A stretch of DNA of 64,000 bases, from contig OY970307.1 of assembly GCA_963716365.1 (NCBI GenBank), forward strand, positions 2,320,349 to 2,384,348. Direction: 5' to 3'. Of the stretch, positions 29,875 through 38,841 are shown piece by piece. The notes below the pieces were generated by a model. It was not told where the DNA came from. It worked only from the letters and a program-made list of their open reading frames with translations, and searched no databases. This stretch comes from Candidatus Dormiibacterota bacterium. GTDB lineage: Bacteria; Chloroflexota; Dormibacteria; Aeolococcales; Aeolococcaceae. The position numbers were made by a program, and so were the translations under genes. How positions within the stretch are numbered: position 1 is the stretch's first letter; each line of letters starts with the position of its first letter.

Positions 29875-30131
29875 CAACCCTGTGTGCGCGCAGCGCGCAT
29901 GGATGTGGACAATGTGCACGACCGGTGACGCGGTGCACAACCGGTGGACAACAACTGCCACTTCCGCACAGGCCATACATGCCTTCGAGGCCGATGTGAG
30001 ATCGACCGCGCGGTTGTCCCCCATGTCCCCACTACTACATCGTCTACTGATCTCTAAACTCTGGAAGTCATACTCATTGAGTCTGGGTGAAACCCGATGA
30101 CAACGCACCACCGTCCGGAGAGGAGCCGTCC
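29875..30131 (+). promoter_or_regulatory. Probable oriC in the dnaA-dnaN spacer: DnaA boxes at 29905-29913, 29943-29951 and 30013-30021, plus an AT-rich DNA-unwinding element at about 30030-30085
   Basis: TTGTCCACA (reverse complement of TGTGGACAA) and TTGTCCACC, followed by a locally AT-rich stretch ctactacatcgtctactgatctctaaactctggaagtcatactcattgag in a 70% GC genome. Confidence 0.6.
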
Positions 30132-31248
30132 ATGAAAGCAACCGTCTCGTCCTCCACGCTGAGTGGTGCCCTTGGACTCGTCTCCAGGGCCGTCTCCCCC
30201 AGGTCGACGCTGCCGGTCCTCAGCAACGTGCTGCTGGAGACAGCAGCCGAGGGTCTTCGCGTCACCGCGACCAACCTCGATCTCACGATCACCGTCGTCG
30301 TGCCGGCCACCGTGCTCGAGGAAGGCCGGACGACGGTTCCGGCGCGACTCCTCGGGGAGTTCGTCTCGTCACTTGGTGACGCTCCGTGCTCCATGGAACT
30401 GGATCCCTCGACGCAGGTGCTCAAGCTCACGGGCGGCGTGCACCGAGCGAACCTCCACGGCATCGACGCGGTGGAGTTCCCGCCGCTGCCTGCGAGGGAC
30501 ACGGACACCGTCATCGAGGTCGACGCTCCAACCCTGCAGGGCGCGATCGCACAGACGGTGATGGCCGCCAGCTCGGACGAGGCTTCGCCGGTGCTCACCG
30601 GTGTGCTCCTGCAGATCGAGGGCAACCGGCTGACCATGGCGGCGACAGACCGGCATCGCCTGGCGGTGAAGACGATCGACGTCACAGTGCACGGCACTCC
30701 GCCGGTCACGTCGGTCATCGTCCCGTCGCGGCATCTCACCGAAGTCGCACGTGCGGTGAACCCGAACCGTCCCACCGTCGGTATCGCCTTCGCGCACGCA
30801 CGCAACCAGGTCTTCTTCACGCTCAAGGACGTCGAGATCTCCTCGCGCTTGATCGAGGGCACGTATCCCAACTACTCGCAGGTGATTCCCGGAGAGTCGA
30901 CGACCACCGTCAGCCTCTCGACGGCATCATTGCTCCGCGAGGCGAAAACCGCGGCAGTGCTTGCGCGCGACGCGGCGAACCCGGTGCGTCTTCGTATCGG
31001 CGACGGCACGCTGACACTGCTCGCCCAGACAGCCGAGGTCGGCGACGATGAGGCACCACTCACCGCGACGGTGAAAGGCGACGACGTGCAGATCGCGTTC
31101 AACGCGCGATACATGCTGGACGCGCTGTCGGCGCTCGAACTCCGACGAGGTGATCCTGTCGTTCAACGGCTCACTGCAACCGGGAGTCATACGGCCGGTC
31201 GGCAGCGACGACTACCTCTGCATCATCATGCCGGTGCGCGTCGCATAG
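30132..31248 (+). pseudogene. dnaN: DNA polymerase III beta sliding clamp DnaN with an apparent +1 frameshift at 31137-31142; likely a sequence error
   Basis: Frame 1 reads ...FNARYMLDALSALELRRGDPVV and then runs into junk. The +1 frame from 31141 reads SDEVILSFNGSLQPGVIRPVGSDDYLCIIMPVRVA*, the canonical DnaN C-terminus. Removing one A from CTCGAACTCC restores ALDSDEVILSF. Confidence 0.85.
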
Positions 31249-31294
31249 ACGGAAGCCGCGCGGACTTCGGGATGCAGGAGTGGGCGCACGTCGC

Positions 31295-31582
31295 TCACAT
31301 TGCCGAGAAGCGGATGCGACGCACCAGGTCCTGGCCGACAACTCGGTTCAGCGCATCGATGACACGGGGCGCGTCCATCTGCAGCTGGTGCGCGAGCGCG
31401 GTGTTCGCACAGGCGATGAGCAGCACTCCCCGGTCGAGACGCTCCGCGCGGCAGAGCGACGCGAGACTGTCGCCGACGACTTCTGCAAGCGCCAGGCGCA
31501 GTCGTTCCTCGCGGACCTGACCGCGCACACCGAGCCCGCGCAACGCCGGGTCGATGAGGTCGGAGAGGCGTTCCTCGGTCAT
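31295..31582 (-). CDS. DUF721-family protein (the recF-downstream RNA-binding-like protein)
   Basis: 95 aa in the conserved position after recF; its start overlaps the recF stop. Confidence 0.6.
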   Translation of the reverse strand: MTEERLSDLIDPALRGLGVRGQVREERLRLALAEVVGDSLASLCRAERLDRGVLLIACANTALAHQLQMDAPRVIDALNRVVGQDLVRRIRFSAM

Positions 31583-32739
31583 GCGCGCTCGTCCTGCGTG
31601 ACGACGCCCGCGCGGACGGTGTGATACAGGACCTCGGCAAAATCGGCCACGCCGGAGAACGGCTCGGCGGTGGTCACGAACACCTGGTTGTTGCCGCCGG
31701 CGGCAAGGAGCGTGAGCAGTTGCGCGCGGCGTCCGGGGTCGAGCTCGCTGAGCACATCGTCAAGCAGGATGACCGGAGCGACGCCGGCCGTGTCCTGGAG
31801 GTAGCGCACCTCGGCAAGCTTGCATGCAAGCACGATGCTGCGTTGCTGTCCCTGCGACGCTGAACCACGCGCGGCGCGATCATCGAGGTCGATCGCGACG
31901 TCGTCGCGGTGCGGGCCCGCAAGCGTGATGCCACGCGCGATCTCCTCGGCGGCGCGCAGGCGCAGCGTGTCGAGCAGCGCCTGCTCCGCGGCTGCGAGGT
32001 CATCAGGGATCGCGTCGCTGTGCGCGGGCGCGTAGCGCAAGGCGATGTGCTCGCGCCGGCCGCTCAGGTCGTGGAGCGCAGCGGCCGCCAGCGGAGCGAG
32101 CGCGACGACCAACCGCGTGCGCGCTCGCGCCAACCATGCGCCGTGACGAGCAAGCTCGCTCGTGAAACCGTTGAGCGCGTCGCGACCACTGCCACCAGCG
32201 CGCAACTGATGCAGCAATGCGTTGCGCTGCTCGAGCACGCGACGGTACCGGGACATGTGCTCGGCGGATTGCGGATCCGTCTGCGCAAGGATGACGTCGA
32301 GAAATCTGCGCCGGCCCTCGGGGCCGCCGCGCACGAGCGCAAGGTCCTCAGGCCAGAAGAGCACGACGGGACACACCCCGAGGACGGAGCGCGCAGCGCG
32401 CGGTTTCCCATCGATGATCGCCGTACGAGTCACCCTGCCCGACACGGGGTCACGCTGAAACCGCGCTGCGAGCGTGACGTTCGCCGGTGGCCGCTCGATG
32501 TCGGCCTCAGCCAGCCCCTCGTCGCGGCCCCACAGCAGCAGATCGCCGGTCGTCGTCGCTCGCGGGGACCGCGTCAGCGCAAGCGTCGCGATGGCCTCCA
32601 GCAGGTTCGTCTTTCCCTGCGCGTTCAGACCGTGGATGATGTTGAGGCCCGGACCGAAGCGCACCGTCGCTTCCGCGTAGTTGCGAAACGCATGGACGCG
32701 CAGACGCGTGATCGTGCACCTGGGGACCGACGCGCTCAC
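31579..32739 (-). CDS. recF: DNA replication and repair protein RecF
   Basis: Walker A GLNAQGKTNLLEAI, the ABC signature and Walker B ILLDDVLSELD. Length 386 aa. Confidence 0.9.
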   Translation of the reverse strand: MSASVPRCTITRLRVHAFRNYAEATVRFGPGLNIIHGLNAQGKTNLLEAIATLALTRSPRATTTGDLLLWGRDEGLAEADIERPPANVTLAARFQRDPVSGRVTRTAIIDGKPRAARSVLGVCPVVLFWPEDLALVRGGPEGRRRFLDVILAQTDPQSAEHMSRYRRVLEQRNALLHQLRAGGSGRDALNGFTSELARHGAWLARARTRLVVALAPLAAAALHDLSGRREHIALRYAPAHSDAIPDDLAAAEQALLDTLRLRAAEEIARGITLAGPHRDDVAIDLDDRAARGSASQGQQRSIVLACKLAEVRYLQDTAGVAPVILLDDVLSELDPGRRAQLLTLLAAGGNNQVFVTTAEPFSGVADFAEVLYHTVRAGVVTQDERA

Positions 32740-32793
32740 GCGCGAGCGCCGTTTGCCATCGATGCGATCAGCTCGGCGATACGACGTGTCGCG

Positions 32794-33885
32794 TCAGGGC
32801 GTGCGGCAGCCCGAACCGCCTCGCGCATCGCGGCGAGAGTTCGCCGAGCCCGGGACAGCCAACTCGGTCACGGCATCGATGAGCTGCTCCACGTGCGGCA
32901 CGTAGCGGCCGGCGCCGATGTCGACCACCCACTCGACGTTGCCGCGCTCCTGGCCCGGCAGGTACCAGACGAGCAGGAGCGGAAGTCCGCAGCAGAGTGC
33001 TTCGGCGATGGTTCCCGGTCCGGCTTTGGACACGACGACATCGCTGGCGCGCATCCACTGCGGCATGTCGGTGACGTAGCCGAGCACGCGCACCTCGCGC
33101 CCGGCCGCCGTGCGCAGCCCGGCGAGCGCGGAATGTGCGCGCTCGTTGCGGCCGCAGATGACCACGAGGTCAAGATCGATGCTGGTGGCCGCGATTGCCT
33201 GCGCGTTGCGCACGAGGCCGCCCGATCCGTCGGCGCCCCCGCAGACGAGAGCGACGAAGCTGTCAGGGCGCAATCCGAGCCGGCTGCGGAGCGCGGCGAT
33301 GCCGGCGGGATCGCTGGGGAGATCGGTGAACCGCCGGTCCACCGCGAGCCCGAGGTCGTAGCAGCGCGAGGCCGGGATGCCCGCGCGCCGGCAGCGTTCG
33401 AACCCGCCGGGCGACGGCACCACCACCGCGTCGACGTCGGGGCATGCCCACGAGGCATGGATGTCGACGAGGTCGGTGATGACCGTGATGACTGGAATCC
33501 GCCGCTCCTGGCCCTGCACGGCCCGCACGCTGATGTGGTTGAGGAGCGGGTGGAACGACACCACACAATCGGGTCGGAGCCGGCGGATGGCGTCGTCGAC
33601 CGCATTGGTCACCGAGCGCAGCACGGTGCGCTCGAGCGCGCGCACCGCGGGCCGGCTGTTGGTGGCGTGGTACAGGCCGCCCCAGAGCCATCGGGCATGT
33701 CGCGTGATCGGTCCGTAAAGGCCGGCGGTCCCGCCGATGATCCGCTGCGGCGCCGCCGCGAACGGGTCGAGGATGGTGATCTCGAAGTCGCCGGGCGCGG
33801 TGTCGGCCATCTGGCGCTCCACCGCCGTGGCCGCGGCTCGGTGGCCACCGCCGGTGTCGGCGATGAGAAAGAGCAGGCGCCTCAT
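32794..33885 (-). CDS. GT28-family glycosyltransferase (MGDG-synthase/UgtP-like diacylglycerol glycosyltransferase)
   Basis: MRRLLFLIADTGGGHRAAATAV at the N-terminus and the C-terminal GT-B nucleotide-sugar region ...VSKAGPGTIAEALCCGLPLLL. Confidence 0.7.
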   Translation of the reverse strand: MRRLLFLIADTGGGHRAAATAVERQMADTAPGDFEITILDPFAAAPQRIIGGTAGLYGPITRHARWLWGGLYHATNSRPAVRALERTVLRSVTNAVDDAIRRLRPDCVVSFHPLLNHISVRAVQGQERRIPVITVITDLVDIHASWACPDVDAVVVPSPGGFERCRRAGIPASRCYDLGLAVDRRFTDLPSDPAGIAALRSRLGLRPDSFVALVCGGADGSGGLVRNAQAIAATSIDLDLVVICGRNERAHSALAGLRTAAGREVRVLGYVTDMPQWMRASDVVVSKAGPGTIAEALCCGLPLLLVWYLPGQERGNVEWVVDIGAGRYVPHVEQLIDAVTELAVPGSANSRRDARGGSGCRTP

Positions 33886-35708
33886 CCGCTGACCGTCACA
33901 GCAGCGGCGACCAGCGTTCGGGTCGCGAAGTCGGTGATCGGCAGGGCGTGGCTGCCGTCGGCGTTCTCGACGTACGCCTGGACGGTGTCGTCGGCGTCGG
34001 GGGAGAGGTAGACGAGCTGGCGGCCGGAGGGAGCAACCACCGCGGTGTTCAGGTAGCCGTTGGCCGGGCCGGAGGCGATGGGGATCTGTTCATCTCCGGC
34101 AACACTGACGAGCACGAGGCTCGGTGCGCCGATCGGGGGATTGCTGATCCCCACGAGCGTGCCAGGAGCGGTGAACCCGATGGGATCGAGCGTCGGGTCG
34201 AGCACGCGTGGTGCGCTCGATGTGGGTCCCAGCCCCGCGAGCCAGGTGCCGAGCGTCGGCGGCGTGGAGCGCAGGAACGCAACCTGCGCTCCGTCGGGAG
34301 AGACGACGGGACCGCTCGTCTCACCAACGACTCCGGGCAATGCGTAGCGAGCAAGGACGACCGAATCCGCGAGCTCGAGATGCTCGAGATCGTTGGGGCC
34401 CGCCACGTCGAGGACCAGTTGCTCGCCGAGAGGGCTCCAGAGTGCCGGGGCGACGAGCGGGTCTCCGGCGGGGAGGCTCGTCACCCTCCCGGTCCCGGTG
34501 GCGAAGAAGGACACCACCCCGGAGCGCGAGAAGGCGAGCATCGAACCGTCCGGCGACCAGGATGGCAGCGAGGAGTGCGCGAAGCTCGCGAGCACGAAGC
34601 CCGTCGCCGGGTTGAGCACGACGAGCACCGGCTCGGGCGCTGCGATCGTGGCGTCGAGCTCGACCACGGCGAGCCAGCGGCCTCCCGGCGAAAGGGTCGC
34701 GGCGATGTACGTGTAGAGGGGAGCGCCCATGACGGCCTCACCGCATCCCGAAGGGTTCTGGCATCGAGGGGCGACGAGCACCGCCTCGCTCGCGATCGGC
34801 TCGCCGGCCTGCGCGGGCGCGAGCGGGGAGAACAACACCGTCGTCGCGCCGTCCTCACCCACGGCGCGCGCGAGCACGACAGCGTGCGGGCCTGGCGACA
34901 GGCCCCCGGTGGTGAAGCGCACCGACTCGCCGGCGAGGAGCGGTTGCTGGTGGGAGTCGGCGGCTGTCGCCGCGATACTGAGCGTGTACGTCACCCCCGA
35001 TTCGAGCATGCCGCCCGGGAGTACGACGAAACGGCTCGGATCGACGCTGTTGCGGACCACGCGTGTACCGGGCACCGTCGGCGTCAGCTGGATGGCGGCC
35101 GCGGTCGCCACCGCCGCCATGCCGGTTGAGAAGCTCACCGAGATGGGCGTGTCGACCGGGACATCGGTGGCGCCGTTGGGCGGCTCGATGCTCCGGATCA
35201 CCGGCGCCTGCCCGGTGGTGATGGACCAGTGATGGTCGACGGAGTTGACGACGCCGCTGGGATCGCTGATCCCGCCCGCGAGCGTGAACGTGTACGTGGT
35301 GCTCGGGGCGAGGATCGCCCGAGGATGCAGGAGGGTGAACTCGGTGTCGCCGTTCAGCCAGACGATCCGGCAGGGCGCGAGCGGTCCCGCGCTAAACGCG
35401 GCGTCGAGGTCGCAGGACGGGATCGGGCGGTTCACCGAGAATCGGCCGGCCACCGACGCCGTATTGACGGGCCGGTCGAACTCGACGGTGATCGGGGCAT
35501 CGGCGGAGACGCCGACCGAGCCGCGGTTCGGGATGAGCTCGATGATCTGCGGCGGGCTCGCGAAACATCCGGACAGGGAGGCGACGATCAGCCCCGCTGC
35601 AGCCCAGAGAGCCGTGCGCCGGGCGCCGGCTGGGAGACGACCTCGCGCAGCGGCGCTAGTAGGCGCGGTTGAGGGCTGCGTCGACGTCGATGGCAGCGAT
35701 GGTTCCAT
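33882..35708 (-). CDS. Lipoprotein with Ig-like (SbsA-type) domains and a TolB-like beta-propeller
   Basis: Internal start MEPSL..., lipobox LIVASLSGC, repeated Ig-like modules (GSVGVSADAPITVEFDRPV and NGATDVPVDTPISVSF), then WD40/TolB-like repeats. The start overlaps the upstream gene by about 50 nt. Confidence 0.5.
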   Translation of the reverse strand: MEPSLPSTSTQPSTAPTSAAARGRLPAGARRTALWAAAGLIVASLSGCFASPPQIIELIPNRGSVGVSADAPITVEFDRPVNTASVAGRFSVNRPIPSCDLDAAFSAGPLAPCRIVWLNGDTEFTLLHPRAILAPSTTYTFTLAGGISDPSGVVNSVDHHWSITTGQAPVIRSIEPPNGATDVPVDTPISVSFSTGMAAVATAAAIQLTPTVPGTRVVRNSVDPSRFVVLPGGMLESGVTYTLSIAATAADSHQQPLLAGESVRFTTGGLSPGPHAVVLARAVGEDGATTVLFSPLAPAQAGEPIASEAVLVAPRCQNPSGCGEAVMGAPLYTYIAATLSPGGRWLAVVELDATIAAPEPVLVVLNPATGFVLASFAHSSLPSWSPDGSMLAFSRSGVVSFFATGTGRVTSLPAGDPLVAPALWSPLGEQLVLDVAGPNDLEHLELADSVVLARYALPGVVGETSGPVVSPDGAQVAFLRSTPPTLGTWLAGLGPTSSAPRVLDPTLDPIGFTAPGTLVGISNPPIGAPSLVLVSVAGDEQIPIASGPANGYLNTAVVAPSGRQLVYLSPDADDTVQAYVENADGSHALPITDFATRTLVAAAVTVSG

Positions 35709-36987
35709 CGCCGCCCTTGACCTCGATGCTCGACTGACGATCCTTGGCAAGAGTTGCAACCGCGGTGGTCGCCTTGTCCAAGGATCGCTGGGTTTCGGTG
35801 TATGTCCCGAGGATGTCGCCATCGCGAAGCAGGATGATCCCTGCCTCGTTGGGGGTCTGCACAACCACCGAGCCACTCACGTGCTCCTCGGAGAGGTACT
35901 CCAGCAGCGCGTCGAGGTTGACGAACCGGCCGAGCAGACCGTTGTAGAGATACGGCGACGTGAAGAGTTGCGCCAGCGCGGTGACCGTCTCCCCGTCGAG
36001 CTCGATGACATCGATGACGCCATCTCCCGCATCCATGTGGCGGCGGATCTGCAGGAACGCCGACTCGCCCTGAACAGCGGTGCCGTTGCTGCACAGCGCC
36101 TGCAGCGCCTGACCGTCGTTCAGGAGGATGACGCCGGAATACCCGGTGCCGCTGAGGTTCACATAACCGGTGTGTCGATCCGACCGCAGCGTCCGCAGCA
36201 GACGTGGGAAATCGACGAACGCGCTCTTCAGTCCCTCGTAATGGGCCCGGCCCGAGGGGAGTGGGTACACCCGCACCGGCTGAACAGTAGACGATGCCGC
36301 ACCCGCAGATGTGGTTACCGGGCGGTCCGGAGACGCTGCCGGAGCCGGCGCGGACGGTGCCGGGGTCGCGGTCGGGGCCGGCGAATACGAAATCGGCTCC
36401 GGAGCGGGGATCACCGCCGGTGCCGGCTGGTACGCCGCCGCCGCTGGTGCCGGCTCTGGCTCGGGCTCTGGTTCCGGCTCGGGTTCGGGTTCCGGCTCCG
36501 GCTCCGGCTCGGGCTCCGAGTGGGCGGCCGCGGCGGGAGCATCCGAATCAGCGGCCGGTGTGGACATCGCATAAGCGGGCTCTTCGATCGGCGCGGGAAG
36601 GCTCGCCGCCGGGGCCGTGTAGGCGTCGGAGGTCGAGTACGCGGGTGTCGTGTCCGGCCAGGACGAGGCGCCGGTGGATGCCGAGGCTGCTGGGGCGTGA
36701 CGGCTCTCTGCCGCTGCGATCAACTCCGCAGGCGAGGCCTTGATCGTCTCCTCGGCAGGCAGCTTGGCACGCGGGTCGAACTGGTACGACCCGTCGTCCC
36801 AGCCCAGGGCGTCGATGACCACCTCCTCGCCTTGTCCACTCGGTCCGCTGGCGTGGAACAGGTGCCCGAAGAGGAAGTACAGCGAGCAACTGTCGCCGCC
36901 GTTGTCGATGGTCAGCGTGCCGGTGGCCCGTTCCGCCTGCATCGATTGCAGCAGCGTCGCGAGTCCGCCGTCACGAAGAGAACCCTG
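35656..36987 (-). CDS. DUF4388-domain protein with a Pro/Ala-rich linker containing a perfect (EP)11 repeat and a C-terminal pair of DUF4388-like modules
   Basis: GTG start at 36987 with GGAG upstream. N-terminal DUF4388 (LRDGGLATLLQSMQAERATGTLTIDNGGDSCSLYFLFGHLFHASGPSGQGEEVVIDALGWDDGSYQF). The upstream 5-prime part of ORF 35656..37632 would read through the divergent response-regulator gene and is rejected. Confidence 0.5.
   Translation of the reverse strand, partial: QGSLRDGGLATLLQSMQAERATGTLTIDNGGDSCSLYFLFGHLFHASGPSGQGEEVVIDALGWDDGSYQFDPRAKLPAEETIKASPAELIAAAESRHAPAASASTGASSWPDTTPAYSTSDAYTAPAASLPAPIEEPAYAMSTPAADSDAPAAAAHSEPEPEPEPEPEPEPEPEPEPEPAPAAAAYQPAPAVIPAPEPISYSPAPTATPAPSAPAPAASPDRPVTTSAGAASSTVQPVRVYPLPSGRAHYEGLKSAFVDFPRLLRTLRSDRHTGYVNLSGTGYSGVILLNDGQALQALCSNGTAVQGESAFLQIRRHMDAGDGVIDVIELDGETVTALAQLFTSPYLYNGLLGRFVNLDALLEYLSEEHVSGSVVVQTPNEAGIILLRDGDILGTYTETQRSLDKATTAVATLAKDRQSSIEVKGGDGTIAAIDVDAALNRAY
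36455..36520. repeat. Hexanucleotide microsatellite (GGCTC[CG])n encoding (EP)11 inside the DUF4388 gene
   Basis: ggctcgggctctggttccggctcgggttcgggttccggctccggctccggctcgggctccgag. Confidence 0.7.
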
Positions 36988-37143
36988 GGTCTGCACGGTG
37001 GCGGGTCTCCAGTTTTTGTGAATGGAGACCGTCCCTGAGGGGGCGGTCCGAATTGGAGTCGGCCCGTATAGTACCAACCCTTCGCCGTTCCGAACGAGGA
37101 TTGGAATAGTCAGAATGGCGCGGGGGTACTTCGAGGAATAGGC

Positions 37144-37857
37144 GTGGATGGACAGCAGGTGCGGGTGCTCGTCGTCGACGACGACGCGCTCGTCCGTCGG
37201 GCCGTGCGCCTGACGTGTGAAAGCGAGGGATATACCGTCCAGGAAGCGGAGCGGGCGACGGAGGCCCTCGCACGTCTCGAGACCTTCCATCCGGACGTCG
37301 TGATCCTCGATCTCGTCCTCCCGGATCTCTCCGGCTTCGACGTGTGCAGAGAGCTCCGGCGAGCCGGTCATCGCATGCCCGTGATCATCCTGAGCGCCAA
37401 GCACGACGAGATCGATGTGGTGCTCGGCCTCGAGATCGGCGCCGACGATTACATCGCCAAGCCATTCCGCCCCCGCGAGCTGCTGGCGCGCATCGGCGCC
37501 CACCTCCGCAAAGCCAAGGAGCTGCGTGGCGAGGACAAGCCGGCGGACGGACGCCTCGTCTTTCGCGACCTCGTGATCGATACCGCCGAGCGGCGCGTCA
37601 CGCGCGCGGACCGTGACATCGTCCTGACCCATACCGAGTTCGACCTCCTCTCCTACCTAGCGTCGAACGCCGGCAAGGTGCTCTCCCGCGAGCGGATCCT
37701 CAGCGCGGTCTGGGGCTACGAGCACCCGATCGAGACTCGGGTCATCGACGTCCACGTCCGCAATCTCCGGCGCAAGATCGAGCCCGAACCGGGCCGGCCC
37801 CGCCACATCCTCGCCGTACCCGGGATCGGCTACCGATTCGCCGGGCTCAGACGCTGA
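37144..37857 (+). CDS. OmpR/PhoB-family response regulator (orphan; no histidine kinase adjacent)
   Basis: Receiver domain (VLVVDDD...ILDLVLPDLSG...IILSAK) plus a winged-helix C-terminus (VLTHTEFDLLSYLASNAGKVLSRERIL...VIDVHVRNLRRKIE). Confidence 0.85.
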   Translation: MDGQQVRVLVVDDDALVRRAVRLTCESEGYTVQEAERATEALARLETFHPDVVILDLVLPDLSGFDVCRELRRAGHRMPVIILSAKHDEIDVVLGLEIGADDYIAKPFRPRELLARIGAHLRKAKELRGEDKPADGRLVFRDLVIDTAERRVTRADRDIVLTHTEFDLLSYLASNAGKVLSRERILSAVWGYEHPIETRVIDVHVRNLRRKIEPEPGRPRHILAVPGIGYRFAGLRR

Positions 37858-37871
37858 AGCCGGTCGCTGAG

Positions 37872-38159
37872 ATGGGGGGCACGCAAAGTACACTCGGCAT
37901 CGTGCGTACACCCCCGATGCTCGATTCCCGCGGGCCTGCCTTCGAACGCAGACGCCCCGATCCGGTCCTGTCGATCACGGTCGGCGCGCTGTCCGTGATC
38001 GCCGTTGCGCTGTTCGCCGCCGCAGTGCTGGCGACGTACACCTACTCGACCCCCGATGTCGAATTGCCGCTCGTCATCGCGATCGCGCTCTTCTTCGTGG
38101 TCGTCGTCGGCGCCAATCTCGTGCGGATCGCGGTTCGCCACTTCCGCCCGGGCGCCTGA
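37872..38159 (+). CDS. Small membrane protein (two TM helices)
   Basis: 95 aa with two hydrophobic helices (LSITVGALSVIAVALFAAAVLA and LPLVIAIALFFVVVVGANLV). Confidence 0.35.
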   Translation: MGGTQSTLGIVRTPPMLDSRGPAFERRRPDPVLSITVGALSVIAVALFAAAVLATYTYSTPDVELPLVIAIALFFVVVVGANLVRIAVRHFRPGA

Positions 38160-38163
38160 GCTC

Positions 38164-38823
38164 ATGGCGGAACATCCCGGCGCCGGCCAGGCCGGGTCGG
38201 AGCAGCAGCCGGCCGACCGACCCACATTCCCCTCGTATGAGGAGTTCGCGTCCGATCTGCTCGAAGCCGTTGACGGCGTCGGGCTGAGCATCGAGGACGT
38301 CCGTCACCACCTCGAGCCCGGCCTCGGCGAGCGCCGCTTCGAGTGCACCGTGCGGCTCACCGGCGACCCGCCGCCGCGCTATCACGTGCACGTCAGCTAC
38401 ACGTGGGACGCGCTCCTGACGTTCATCTCCGCATACGGACCAGGTGCGGACTGCGAGCTCTACCACGACGACGATGAGGCGCAGGACTGCCCGCATCAGC
38501 AGATCACCCCGCAGGCATTCGTCGACGTCGAGGCGGAGTTCGTGCTCGGCGACGGCGGCTACGAGCTGCACGATCTCGACGAGGTCGGCGGCTGGGTCGA
38601 GATCGTCCAGACGTTGCTGGGCAAGGCGTTCTCCGACGACGACAAACCGAGCGTCCACGTCGGGATCGCGGTGCTCGGTACGACGACACTCGTCGAGAAG
38701 TTCACCGCCGAGCATTCGTGGTTCCTCGATTTCGAGAAGCAGCCGGACCTCGCCGCGCTCGCCAAGCAGATCGACACCGCGCTGAAGCTGGTGCCGCAAC
38801 TGGCGGATCGTCTGCCGATTTAA
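38164..38823 (+). CDS. Acidic hypothetical protein
   Basis: Internal ATG at 38164; 219 aa rich in Asp and Glu, with no recognisable motif. Confidence 0.4.
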   Translation: MAEHPGAGQAGSEQQPADRPTFPSYEEFASDLLEAVDGVGLSIEDVRHHLEPGLGERRFECTVRLTGDPPPRYHVHVSYTWDALLTFISAYGPGADCELYHDDDEAQDCPHQQITPQAFVDVEAEFVLGDGGYELHDLDEVGGWVEIVQTLLGKAFSDDDKPSVHVGIAVLGTTTLVEKFTAEHSWFLDFEKQPDLAALAKQIDTALKLVPQLADRLPI

Positions 38824-38841
38824 GGCGACTCCCGCGCTGCG

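Noticed and set aside
31909-34011. 700-aa plus-strand ORF and the 597-aa ORF at 35245..37038
   Set aside because: They are antisense to recF/GT28 and to the lipoprotein/DUF4388 gene respectively. No conserved motifs; composition is Arg/Gly/Asp-rich.
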